This document shows positions 1 through 12,920 of a stretch of 64,000 nt of DNA, piece after piece. The position numbers and the translations under genes are program-made. The stretch lies in contig OZ287076.1 of NCBI GenBank assembly GCA_965645245.1, forward strand, positions 930,001 through 994,000, in the 5' to 3' direction. This DNA is from Massalongia carnosa (lineage: Eukaryota). Within the stretch, counting starts at the first letter, position 1. The number at the start of each line of letters is the position of its first letter. Under the pieces are notes generated by a model. That model worked only from the letters and a program-made list of their open reading frames with translations, did no database searches and was not told the DNA's origin.

Positions 1-1084
1 TCAGACTCTCACCGCTTCGGCTGTAGCTTGCTGAAATCTCATCCAGCAGGCGGCAAAGATAGTGGTGGTTGTGTTTGGTGTAATATTAATTTAGATTGAT
101 GGGAAGCAAACGACTCATGGTTGAAACACAGAAGGCATTCTTGGAGCTGTGTCTTCGTCACCCACAAGGACTTCATTGCGGAAGCCTTGTCCTAGCCACC
201 TCCTTCGGCAGCCCTGCCTCCGCAAACTCCATGGGCTACCAAGCTTCCATCTACACCTTGGCAAATGAGCTTTCAGGTTAGGTAAGTGGCATCAATACCA
301 CCTTCAACAGCACCTCCGGCCCGGAACAACCTCTCTGGTCCAGCTTCCAACCATTCCAGCATTCTGAACAGCTGAAGCTGAATTACCTAGATTTTCAACT
401 TCATCTTAGCCACCCCGTCGACGCCATTATGTGTTCACCTCTAACATCCACCTACTTGGAGAAAACAAGGACTAGCGAGCCAAACCCCAGCTGAAGAAAG
501 GCTTGGAGCCTTCACTAATTACAAACCGCCTTTTCGTTTTCGTTTCACGACCCTCCCCCATAGATAGCAGGCTTTCGGCGATGACTCGTTTTCTTCTTCC
601 CATTGGTCATCACGACGAAGACAACAACATTTTTTTCGAATACAGGTACTTCTCACAAAGTAGTTGTCAACCTCTTGTATAAATTGACCCTTTCAAGGTC
701 TGACTAAATCAATAGTTGATAGTTCATAACTTAGTAATCTGCTGACCTTCCTGCCTGCGTTTTCCTTGTAAAGAACTCGAAGCTAGGATTTAAAGTTAGC
801 TAGCGGTACTTTGGGAGCCAATTAAGGGGATCCAACTTACAGCTCGGACCGAAACTTTTAGATGGAGGATTATGGCTTTGTCACAGGTCTTCCTCTCTTG
901 TTTTTCGAAAGTGGTTGGCGTTATGAGACCGCAGCGCGTATACTGAACCCTCGACCTGGACTTTTCCCAAACAAGCGCTTGGTAAAGATAGTTCCATACG
1001 GTTATCTTGCAACTCTCCGTTTAATGCAGGCTGATAGATGGCTTGGACGCAGACCGCTTGGTATGTTTAGGCCCTTCATCTACT

Positions 1085-2400
1085 TTAAACATGTGCCCAA
1101 CCATTCGCAATCAACACTTGCATCTCATTAATCAAACAGTCCACCCCGGGCTCATAATTTTCGCTGTTTCCCCCCGTCCACGCCTTCAGCCTACGGTTGA
1201 TCCTCGAGGACTTGAAAAATGTAGGCGTTAACCAGCGCCAGAAACGGTTCCTCCACACGCCTTTGATACTTTCTCCGAAGGGAGGCCATATGATGCTTTG
1301 ATGGGCGGCCGCGTACGCCTCGGGATTGTAGCCAACGCGGACGTTGGGATTCAGCCAAACGCCACGAGAGGCACTGAGAGGATTATCAATGTGAATGAGG
1401 CAGCATTCAGAGGCCTCAACGTGGTATTGGGCGAGGGAGTCAGGGATGCCTCGGAATAGCAGACGGTCTATTCCATAGAAGGGTTTCGAGTCGAAGGCAA
1501 CTGATGGTAAATTAGGCTAGTCCGAGATAATGGAAATTGAATCACCCACCAATACCATTCCAGCAGCTTTGAACCGGGACGGGTTGCCCGGAAATCACCG
1601 CCTTTCTTGAAGATCCGGCGCGGAAATAAGGAAACGTTGAAGTGACAGCTTCATGGCCATCGTGATCTCTCAAGGCGAAAGTGTCATAAAAGTTTGGTGG
1701 TTTTGAAAAATCTAACGAACAAGCAGCGGCATAGTCACCATTTCGGGTAGCAAGAAGAGTTTTGACGTCTTCTGTCTACCATTATAAATCCATTAGCCTC
1801 CGCACATGCAACCTGAGGCACTCAACTAACAGTAAAGACAACATCATTCAAAAACAAAATTCGATCGAAAGTGATGCCTTTCAGTGCGAGTTCAGTAAGC
1901 GGTTTCAGGGATAGGTTTCGTAATCGTGACAAATATGGTATTCGTCTCAGCTCCTTCCTTCCTCTGGGTGTTTCGATCCATCCAGTTGACGAAGGTATCG
2001 ATGCAATCTCGTCCGCGTGTGTACTGGACTCTAACACAATGGTTCTCTGCACACCAAGTGTTTCTAGTTCCGCATCTAGTAGTTGTAGCGCTCCTTTTGA
2101 ATCATCCCAACTGCCACTCTCATATATGGATATATATATGTTTTCTGGGCCTAAAGAGTCTGCTAACGCTCGCACGGCATTGGTCCAATTACTTCGGAGT
2201 ATATTTTCGTTATTCCAATGAATGCTTGCAATGTAAACAGCTGGAGCTTTCTGGAGATTCTCGTAGGTTGGTATTGAGTATGATAACTGCCTTGTCGAGG
2301 CTAGCCATAATGCATCAAGAAAGCATAACAGAACAACAACGAGAACAGTAGCTCTGATGTTCCTAGACCGTGTGGAGCGCCGAAAAGATGTTAAAAGCAT
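1085..2400 (-). CDS. Glycosyltransferase family 69 (CAP59/CMT1-like alpha-1,3-mannosyltransferase), 3 exons: 2400-1831, 1775-1550, 1500-1085
   Basis: N-terminal TM anchor; motifs IYESGSWD, RRIPYLSRLRNLSL, ILFLNDVVF, YAAACSLDFSKPPNFYDTFALRD, SCWNGI, EASECCLIH; C-terminus CLINEMQVLIANGWAHV*. Introns 1830-1776 and 1549-1501 are GT..AG with branch sites and restore the frame. Confidence 0.92.
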
Positions 2401-2495
2401 AGCGAGGCGCCGTTTGCTCAGGACGTCGGGCTAACACCGTTCATGAAGCAGAGCCTAACTGGCAAAGTATTAGGTAAGCTAACTAGTCACGTCAC

Positions 2496-3910
2496 GTGGG
2501 TGTCAAAAGTTTTCACCTAATGGGGGTCAGGGCCCCTCACCAAAATTTTCAAGGCACCTCACCAAAATCATCAGAATTTACCATAGATCGGATTTTATTG
2601 CTTTGCCCTCCGTCGCTATTAATCTCTTACATCGATCAGGCATCTCCTTAATTCGGGCCCGAATTTCATCTATAGATATTTTGTCCCATTCATCTAGAAT
2701 CACCCGTTTTAACTCTCTCACATTGTTGCACCGTCGCCGTCTAACTCGCTGTTTCAGAATATTCCATACCCCTTCCGTTGGATTGAGATCAGGGGATTGC
2801 GGAGGATGATTCAATGTTTCAATCCAGCTAGCTGCCTTGAATCTACGTACGATATTGTCTGTAGATCGTGTGCCGTGACTAGGATCGTTATCTTCTTGAA
2901 AGATGCAAAATCGATCATGAAAAACACGACATTCATGAATTTCAGTCATATAGCCGGGAAGCAGACGCTCCGTATAATAAGCTTGAGTCATGCTATTGCC
3001 TTTTGATTTAATCTCTAAATCGTGAGGTAGAGATGCCTCCCATTCAGCTATTCGCTGACGATGATCATGCTCCGTTTCATACTTCGACTTGCGTGGTTTT
3101 CTGGGCTTGTGAACCTGAATTTCAGGCGCGTCGTGCTCGTCATTGTAAAACGTCAGCGGCCCTTTATGATGCCACGAAATAGAAGCGGCCAAATGCAGTT
3201 TTACTCCCTTCATGTCCGGCATCTTTTGCATGTTTTCTGACTCGTATCTAGTGCCTTCCTCTCGAAGAACTCGCTCTTGGTACGTTTGATTCGGGTCGAA
3301 ATGAGCCTCATCCGTGAAATGAACGTACTGCCAGAAATTCTCAATAGTATGATTTTCATGCTCTTTCCCGTATAGAACTCGTAGTCGCTCGTTTTTCTGA
3401 CTGAGCGTTTTCACCTTCGCTTTTTTAAATCGAGCGGCACGAGGTTTGCGAGCACTGAATGCTCATTGCAGTGTACGTCGCGTTGCATCTATATGAAAGT
3501 GCTCTAATGTACGGTGTACGGCTGATCGCGAACGCTATTTGTATGTGGATTCAGCATCTGATTTATCAACTGAGTGCTCAGTTTTTTAGGTCGACCGCTA
3601 CGAGAACGTCGTCGATAGGCGACGTCTTCAAGACGCTGGCGTTGCTTCAGCCAATATTTTCCTCGATCGAGCTTGATGCTCTTCTGCTCGCAGACATCTT
3701 TGATGGTGACATTTTCCGGCCGATGATCAATAGCATGAAAAAAGCGGGTTTTTCTGATAGTATCAGCATCAGGGGATTTTTTGGCCTGTGGTGGTGGAGT
3801 AGATGGTGCCATGGTTGATTGGAGGAGGAAATCTAAAAAAAATTTCATCCACATGGGGGATTTTCGCTTAAAAATCCTACCCTCATTAGGTAAAAACTTT
3901 TGACACCCAC
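2496..3910. mobile_element. Tc1/mariner-superfamily DNA transposon, about 1.4 kb
   Basis: 32-bp TIRs (2496-2527 GTGGGTGTCAAAAGTTTTCACCTAATGGGGGT and 3879-3910, 2 mismatches) enclose a DDE transposase. The terminal CA and TA target duplication are degenerate. Confidence 0.93.
2578..3812 (-). pseudogene. Tc1-like DDE transposase, disrupted
   Basis: HTH part (RSGRPKKLS) from ATG 3812; 1-bp frameshift near 3506; in-frame TGA at 3465-3463; catalytic motifs FTDEAHF, FQEDNDPSHG and HPPQSPDLNPTEGVW. Confidence 0.88.
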
Positions 3911-5080
3911 TGTGCGTGGTAAAGCTACTTGAGAAGTCTCATCTGGCTCCTATTCCACGGGTACTTTATTAGATGTATCCAGCCTTGTCCAAAAAACATA
4001 AGAGTTGATGACTTGGATGATCTACACGATGCAATACTGTGACTGGCTCTTCTCTTCGAGTTATCCTTTCGCTTTGGTTCACACTATAACTTACATTGAA
4101 CAGGATTGTTTTGAAAGATTTTTGTTCATTGCAATGAGTTCGAAAAAAGGCTCCCTGCATGTTAAAGATTGCAAGTCCAAACTGAGAATATTGCTCATTG
4201 AAAGAAACTCTTGTATCTTAATGTATATACTACAGCCATTTCTTTGTTCCCATACCCTACATACGGGCTTCATAACTTTAGTCGAGATCACAGTTTGACG
4301 GTTAAGGAAGTGTTTGTTGGATATTCTTGTCCGCTTCATTCTCCCTGATAATTTCCAGCAGCATCTACATTATCAAGCGATTAGCCTAACACCCATTCGT
4401 CGAGTTCAAACTCCAGCAAAATAGTCTTGATATGGCTCTACGAAATTCTAGACATCCCACCATAGGCAAGCTAGGCTCCGCTTTGAGAGAAGATAGATTT
4501 ATGGAAGGTTTAAAGAGCTTAGAGTTAAACCCTCGTACAAGTTGGATCGAAAGCGAATAGCCTTATCAGACAATGGAGAAGAGCGACGATTATCTCATCA
4601 ATTCTCGAATTCTCCAAAAATGCAACTGCCTGTTTGAAGTAAGACCTCTAGTAGCAGTAGGCTTCTTCTCCAGAAACGATCTAAATTACCCCTATCAGTT
4701 GCCTGCAGCACTACTGTCACAGCATTACCATCTACACTATCAACCGCATCCATTAAAGACTCTAATCTTAAATCCTACACATAACGTCAACTCTGGTCAA
4801 GTCCTTCCGTTTGTTTTATCGCCTTCGAGAACCGGGCAGGCGATCAAAAATTTTCTACGAGGATTCAAAGTGACTTGGTGGAGCGTCAATCTATTTTCCT
4901 TTTTGTTACAGCCTATAAAATGATAACTATATTGCAGAAGTGCACGGAGCCTCAGACCGCATCTGGATATCGGGGACCGCCGGGGCTTTCCTAAGCCCTA
5001 ACGCCTAATTCTGTGTACCCTTTGGCTAATGGAGGAGAGGGGAGGGTTGTTGACGAAAAAATCCAATACGTAGTCGACAC

Positions 5081-7857
5081 ATGGAATCAATAGGCACTCC
5101 TCATAAATCACATAATTCCGATTCGACATCAGGGTTTATGTACGTTTTATTTACAAAGGAAAAGACCGCAAGCTCGCCGAGGGTTGATAGACTTATTACA
5201 CTTGTGGCACATGATGCAGGAGAGAGCGTGGACGAAAAGATGCTAAGAAGCACCCTTAGCATCAACGATAGGCTGGTCAAAGAGGAAAAGGACTTGGATG
5301 TAAACGTTAACCCTCTCGAACTTGCGGAAATTAACCTAAAGAATGGTGTTACTTATTCCTTAGCTCAACGCTGCGGCGAGCAGGACATCGTTGATTTGCT
5401 TACCCAAGCGAGGGGCCACAGCCCAAAACTAGAAGGGCGAACTTTTATGCGCAGAAATTTTCGAAAAAGACCACTCGGATTTTCACCAAGCTTTGTTGTT
5501 GTCGACTGTTTCGCCCCTATCTTTGAGATGCAGAAGTAACAGAAGAGCTGCAATAGCCGATACTAGTACTACGGAAGCTCCTGGAACAGAGAGCAAGACT
5601 AGATTTAGTCTACTACCCGTGATTAACCTCAAATTACTTACAGGTAAAAACTTCTATTTTCTGACGGCGCATATTGCCCCTACTGGAATACAGGGCTAAC
5701 AAATCGAGGATTGAAAAAAACCAGTCTGTTTTCAAAGGTGAATCCAGGAAAATACCCACTGGTTTCTGCACGAATTAGGCGGGAGGGGAAGCCAGACGGT
5801 AGGAATATCGAGTCCTTGTCATTCCTGAAAAGCCCATTTTGCATTATTGGATACAATATGTCCGATCACCAGGTGTTCGTCTATTCATTTTCGACAATCT
5901 ATCTAGATTTAGAGCTACCTTCAACTACATATGCCACGGCTCCATGGAGTAAATTTCAGTACCAAGGAACTACAATTAATCCAGGAATGTATTCTGCATC
6001 CGAGCATCGATGAGCACTCATGCTAAACTTCCTCCACCAAACGTATCAAGGCCAGACTAAAATTAGGAGTAAGAAGGAAAAAATCGCCAGCTTTGTTTGC
6101 ACAAAAGTAGAAACTGGAAGTGTTGCCTTACCATTTCGTCAAAAAACCGCCGTGTCATCTGATACGATCGGCGCGAGAGCTTCAGGTACCTCCCAAAATT
6201 CTAAAAAGGAAGTGTTCTATGGCACATTGAAGAAAATGTACATGAAGACTCCTAGCAATCTCAGGGCTCATATACCCATATCGCATGTGCCCAAACCTGA
6301 ACCGTATGGTCTCTCCAACGAGAATGGGGATCTTGAAACTGAAACAGCTTCTCCTAACTTTTATGCTCACTGGACACCTTTCCACGAGCGGTCTCTCACT
6401 ACTGATGAAGGAAAACTCGCTACAGCGGCAATTTTCATTTACATTTTATTTGTAATTTATAACTCTCTAATGTTCATACCAGACGTTGATCATGAGTGGA
6501 GCTTTGGCCGTAGCGTAGGGACAAATTTGTTGCCAGTAGTGCTATTACTTTGCGGAGTGTCGTTTGCTAAAATAATAAGCGCAAAAAAAGAAAGTGGCGC
6601 GAAAAGACTTTCTGCGGCGGTAAAGGATACTATATAACGTGGTATGTGTGCTGCTTGTTCTTCTAGCTTCAAGTTTACCATTGATTGTGCTGTTGAATCT
6701 ATTGGGCAGCTCGTTGAGTCATTGTACGATGTTCGAAAAGCTTTGTAAAAGGGGCCAGCATGACGTTTCCTTTTCACGAGTTTCGGATTACTATCACAAA
6801 CCCCAGCTTGCACATGGGAAAAGACGTGTTTGCTGGAAATGCGTAAGTTTTCTCAGACTGCATCTTTCACTATTCTGTTAAACTATATTGTTTAGGATGG
6901 CCAACTTTCCAAAGCTAATATGCTTAAATAGCACTGTGGTCATATCTGTACGACGATTTTGAGGAGCTAATTCCTAGCTTCGTGCAGAGACTAGAGATCA
7001 ATCTTAGCAATATATCTGCAGCTAGAGAACAAAACACCGAGAATCAGGAATCCAGAGGTATAAATAACGGCCCCAAAAATAACTTCGCTTGGTGTTTTCT
7101 TGAACTCTTGAGGCTCATGTGGACATCGAGAAAAGCGGTTGAACTCCCGCTGCCCATGCACCATGTCCCCAATCCGGCTGCCGATGCCTCACAAAGGCCC
7201 ACCAGCCACAGTCACGATGTTCTCTACCTACTGATGTGTATCCCTCACCGGAGATATGCAGCCAAAGTCGCTCAGATCAACGTTTCAGCTTTCCACTCAG
7301 ACCAGTTGTTCTTTCCCCAGCTGCGACTCAATTACCATGAGATTCGCGGTCGATGGCATTCTGTTTTCTCTCTCAGAACACTCAAAAGCATAAAGTTTGT
7401 CCAGTTCGAGATGTATAGCAGTAGCCTTGCGGATATTCAAGCGACAGATGTCATTCCGTGCGCAAACCGAAAAGACGAGTACCGCTACCGCCCCGTTCCT
7501 GCCGAAATCATCCCTCCTGTCGGTCCAAACCATCTCATGCATCTATACCACCACCCTGAAGATGCAGAGACCGCGCCAGTCTGCCTAGAGAAGATTCCAC
7601 GAAAACTACGCCAGCCACTTTCGGTGTGTCCAGTTCGTGGAACTGGGTTAGGGTGGGGGATCCATTTTGTCAAGGGCTTGCACCTAACTAAACTATGGGC
7701 TACTGGTTTTGTGGGGTTGCTTGCAAGCATCGCATTTGGAGTGTGCTGGTCCACGAAGAGGGATGATATTCAAGGCGGCTTCGGAGTCACAGCATGCATG
7801 ATGGTAGGCTTGACTTTCACGATCGGAATCGTACAAGCAGCGTTCGAGACAAGATGA
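5081..7857 (+). pseudogene. Decaying fungal hypothetical membrane-protein gene (WKCxCG..LYDDF type), possibly with an ankyrin-like remnant at the 5' end
   Basis: ORF 6982-7857 reads like a fungal conserved hypothetical protein (SDxxFF, FVQFE, YRYRP, LMHLY, GWGIHF, two C-terminal TM helices). After intron 6843-6931 the HCGH..LYDDFEEL motif needs a frameshift near 6945; other frame breaks lie near 6637 and upstream. The 5' extent is uncertain. Confidence 0.55.
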
Positions 7858-10631
7858 AATCACGAGATGTTTTCCTCTTGGGAGGTTGCTAATTGGGACG
7901 CCTTGATGATTTGACCCCTTCGTTTGTCCGCGGAGGCATGAACGCAAGCAACGAAAATATTTCTAATCCTGAATTATAATTTTGAAAAAGCAGTTCGATC
8001 GATCGGGCGGATAGCTCGTTCGTCAGACCAATCTAAGTGAAACGAATTGGCTTTCTGCCGCCCCGCGTGAGTACAAGATAACAGAAAGAGTACAGATTGC
8101 TAGGCGGTCTATGAAACGATAGGAGAGGCATTAGATCACTGCAGCCGCAGGATTAGATCAGCACGACGAGTGTTCAAGTCTGGCTTGGAAGAATCGCAGA
8201 GACCTGGGGATTTGATTATAAGAGGATAGCGCTATTTCGAAGACGATCCGTGGAAAACTGCTGGTGTACGAGAACCGTCCAATTTTGCTCTCGCAGAATA
8301 AAGTCCAATCTATACATTCAGTCACCAAAGCTGGGCCTCGTCAAATTTATGTATCCGTAATTTAACCCCTACCCCCCCCCAATCTTCACTCATCCTTTTC
8401 CTATTCGTCTTTTTCACTCCGTCTATCACGATTTTATGAAAAGGCAAAACATGATCGGAGACAAAGAAGAAAGAAGGAGAAGAGAAGGTAGAAATGGAAA
8501 GGAAGGGCTAGAATATTGTCAATAATTGAGGGCGGTAGATGGAAAATGTGGGAAAGATGCGGTGGGGAGGGTTGAGGGAAGGGTTTGCGGAAGGAGTTCC
8601 TGAACTTTTAGAAATAAAAGGGAGGGGAGGGGTGGCCAAGAGGCTATGCAGGGCATGGGAGTAGATTATTCTCCATCAATCATACTTTTTGGAAAAGGCA
8701 GTTTCCACGTTCTAGAAAACGAACTACAGCCTATCATCATCACCGCCCATTAACATAATCCGTGCCACGGCAAACATCATTCATTTCCATGACCACGCTG
8801 CCAAACGCACTATACGTACCCGCAAATCGGCAATCCTATCCACCAGCCGCGTCAGAAGAATCTCACAGTTTAAATCGTATATCCTGGTATAGTTTCCCAA
8901 ATCAGGTCTTAGTCGACAAGACTCAGCTAAACCTATGAATGAGCTTTTATGAAAGAGGATTGTATATATGGCGCGAGAGCTGGTTGGCTGATTCTGGAAA
9001 TCCGATGGTTGTTGTACTTCCCAATCTCGATCGAGTACCGTGACAAGTGGTCTATCGCCCCGGTCCAGTACGCAAGGGCAATTACCCACCTTCCTATATC
9101 AACATATGAGCGAGAAGCTTGCAGCCTTCCCAAGCGTACATTCGCCATGCCTCTCTCTCTCCTTTATATATTTTTCCACTTGAGTTTTCAAAAGACAGAG
9201 AACAAGTAGAACACGTCCTCGGACCTGGTACATCTCCGATCTCGCTAAGCAAACAAGCCCGGCTTGAGTATCGAGTGATTTATACATCTAGCTTATTTGC
9301 TGTACCACGTTGAAAGAAATTGGAGGGCATCTTGGCCGTTTGTTATACCGCGAAAACACTCGCATTATATTTTTAAGAGATCTAATTTGCATGCAGGAGA
9401 CAGTTTCAATAATGGAGACTCAAGATATGTCGGGGAAGCCGAAGGGGCGATTTTGGTTCCGTCTTGCGATGGGATTTTGTCTTATAAGTAACTAAATTCG
9501 TTCTGACGATGTTGGAGGTAGCAAATATGTTGATAGTAAGTCGAATTCATGAAGTGGGTGGGTCGCGAGTTGCGGAATATACATATCTGGTTTCTTGAGT
9601 CACTGGAAGGTTGGGACTAGAAGCTAGGGAGGCGAAGATCAATATTAGGATTTTTGGACGAGAAGCTTGATGGTGATGAGGACGTTTCTAGGACGGCTTT
9701 AGCGGGAGGGGCAGGCTACTTTACCCTGAAAATATTTGTTGATGTCCAAGGGTACTATCATTCGTGGCGATACCCCCTAAGCAAATAATAAAATCATGAG
9801 CAGGAACTTCTAGTAGGGACGAGCCATCGTGTGTATTTTACACTCTGGTTTCATGTGTGCAGAGGAATTTACTACAGTATTGGACGTGGATCATAGGTTC
9901 TTCTTAAGGAGATCGGTATGAGGGAGTGTGATCAGAAGGTCTAGCCGTCGGGCCTAAAGTCGGTCCTTGAAGAGTCCTTGGCAAAGTAAGCAATGTTAGA
10001 CGTTGCGTAAAAACCATTGTAAAAGGAATGCTTATAGGTTGTCAGCGTGTTCAACTCATTGGCGGAGATAGACGAGTATGTTAGACGTAAAGGTGGTGGA
10101 GTTCTGTACGTGCATCTCTCTACGTTAAAAGTAGTATAGTACTTTACAGATCTTCTTTCGTTGAATGAAATGCCCATTATGTGTGGCGATCGAGACTATG
10201 TTCTCGAGATGACATTCTCCCTGTTAGTTTGATGTTTTGTTTCTCGTCTATTGTACGTGCCACATAGAAGCTTATGAGACATTTTTTGATCGATTTTGAG
10301 TGGAGAGAGAGATTCTTCCATGCAGCAAAGCTCGTTTGATCTCCCCAGCCAAGACATGGTCGCACCATGAAAAGGCCCTATGATTGCGCAAGCTGATAGG
10401 AGAAGGATCATGAGGCGCCATTGATCGGAGATGAGATGAGGGGGATTTGGGGAGATAGAGCTACAAGTCTAGAGGCTGAAACCGGAGTAGCGAGGCTGGT
10501 CAAAAGCAGGCAAACTGCTGCAAGGAGATTGATGATCATGCGTGCTCAAGAGCGAAAGCAGAAGAAAGATACTCTGGATAGAGAACGGTTGAAAACCGAC
10601 TTTCCTGCAGCATTCGAGGGTCAAAGTCACA

Positions 10632-10868
10632 TGAGTTAACGTGGCAATTGGTTGCAGAGAGTACTCGTACAGACACGAACAGAGTACTCGTACCAATTAT
10701 CCTGGACTAAAATTAGGATCAGATTAGATTAGATTATCTATCAGATCTTGCAGAGAGATCTTACAGAGCAATAGATTCTTTATGATGCTTAAAATCCGGG
10801 CTGAACTAACTAGTTAGTCAAGCTAAATCACTTGGAGCGACTACCCGATCATTCGGCCAGCGCTGACA
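10632..10868 (-). mobile_element. Possible degenerate solo LTR
   Basis: Minus strand starts TGTCAG and ends GTTAAC(T)CA, with short internal repeats (AGAGTACTCGTAC x2, AGATT x3, AGATCTTRCAGAG x2). No target-site duplication found. Confidence 0.22.
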
Positions 10869-12148
10869 GGAATCGAACCTATTATGATAATACATGAATT
10901 GAGGCAACTACAGTGGCTCCGTATATACCGCATCATCAAACCGGCTTAGTACAAATGACGCCGTGAGGTTACAACGACCGAGTATGGAGAACAGTCCGTG
11001 GGATCAACAGCAGTCTTTCCAATGACTACTCCCTATTCCGGTTTAAAAAGGCACTAAAACCCCCCTGCAGGGAAAGGCTCACATATCTGTGCGAAGGGGA
11101 TCTGACTTCTCATGGACCGAACTTGACGGGCCCAAGAGATTCGGAAGTTTCAAGTCCTCAAAACACCGACTTGGGTTTCCCGGTGAGGTGTCCAGCGGGT
11201 GACACAGGCAACCCCAACTCTCGGAGTGGACTGGCTAATCTTCAAAAACCTCGGGGCTGATGTCCAGCTCCATCACAAGGTGTCTGCGCTCCTGCATTTA
11301 GCCTCATCTTGTGCTCGTAATCAGACCAAGGGCGTTGTTCCCCAATGCCCTGCATGCATCACTACCGATGAGCCATGGATGACGCTTTTCACTTTCGTCA
11401 AAACCAACCAATAGCTGCAGCACCGCCATGGTTTGCTTTGTGGTAGCCGCGTACTCTACTCCGCAAGCGTGGGCATCGATTCCGTACCAAGTAATGACAA
11501 AGTACGGAGAAATTGATGGATTCGGATGAACTTCACTTTCTGTCAGCCCAACACGCACCAAGCGCGGCATACCTTGGAATATCTTCAACAGAAACGTGGC
11601 AAATATTTCCTTTACTCTGGTTGGAGGATGGCCTCCTTATGCCGATGGAGTATCTAGAGCTTTTGATATCCGAGGGACGCTGCCCGTTGAGGGGGTCTGG
11701 AAGGAACTCGCTCTGGTATGAATTTCCTGAGATGCTGTATTGAAAAGATGGAAAGATGTTTATCGGTCGGTCGTTACGATATATTTGCTAGCAGTTCTAC
11801 TCGTTTCCTTCATCTACTTGACTCCCCTCCGAAGCATCGACGTTTTACCCACTACTTTTAGTGTAGACACGGTTCGGACTTTCACCGCCGACCCTCTAAC
11901 TCGGTTGTAACCTTAGAGTGGGGAGCTTTCAAGTTCTTTCGAGGATATAAACAGTAGCTCACCCAATGTGCGCTTACACGAATCTTATCATGAACATTTG
12001 TGCCTCTTCCGTTCTTTTCCCCATCTCTTGCTTCTTTCTGTACGATTATCCATGAACCTACAGAGCTTTTCCTTTTGAAACTTTTCCTATAAATACGCAC
12101 GTACTTGATCCTTCAGTTATTTTAAAACCAAGCCCTCTACATCTTACG

Positions 12149-12920
12149 ATGCGTCAATATCTCCTGCTGCATACACTATGGATATCTCTGTCAATCTCTG
12201 TTCCACTTCATGAACGTCACGCCTCCGAAGGGTACGATCAATACCCTAAAATCCAGATTCCTACGTTGCGAAATCATACAATCAGCTAATAATCCAATCA
12301 GCGCGACGGTTGAATCAAGAGATACCAGCACCTATGCACTTAAGGCATCATGGGAGACAAATCAGAATCCTAAACCAAGAAGTCCGGATGCTTTACGGAA
12401 AATCAGCCCACGAGTTAATGTGCTTGACTGGTTATGGGAATCTATCATCAATAACTTCATTAAATCAGGCGTTAGCGAGACGGCCGATAAAACCGTGGAT
12501 AATATGTGGTTTCGCCCTGGGACACCGGCAGCACCGGCACCGGCACCGAATAGACAAAATGTAGCGCCGACAACACCAGAGGGACAGTACGTACCGGGTA
12601 GTGGACAGAACCTACCGAACAGTGGACAGCAAGTACCTAGTATACCACCAGGAAATGGTCTATACCCATCAACACCGCAGACATCGCAGACATCGCAGGC
12701 AAATGCAGGTACAGGCGAAGATCTGTTTGCATTCGCTCATCAGGACCATCCAAACTTCTACCAATCCAATGATGAAAAAGGCTCGGCTCCAACAGTAAGT
12801 TCTCCTCCCGTCCCGAGCAGCACCGGTGTGGTTACGATTAAAAAAATGGGATGCTAATCAAATGCCCGCAAACCTCAGACAGGTGCGGATAACGTTGCGT
12901 CGGCGAATTCTCATGGCTAG
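12149..12920 (+). CDS. Orphan small secreted protein, about 205 aa, Cys-free, with P/Q/G-rich C-terminal half; exons 12149-12231, 12302-12794, 12879-12920
   Basis: Signal-peptide-like MRQYLLLHTLWISLSIS-VP. Two introns (GTACGA..GCTAAT..CAG and GTAAGT..GCTAAT..CAG) splice in frame to TAG at 12918-12920. Confidence 0.72.

Noticed and set aside
1..500. Possible coding relic at the window start
   Set aside because: Short frames with stops; nothing recognisable without upstream context.
8690..9150. Possible PPPDE-like peptidase fragment (NYTRIYDLNCEILL)
   Set aside because: Resemblance limited to a few residues; no consistent spliced frame could be built.
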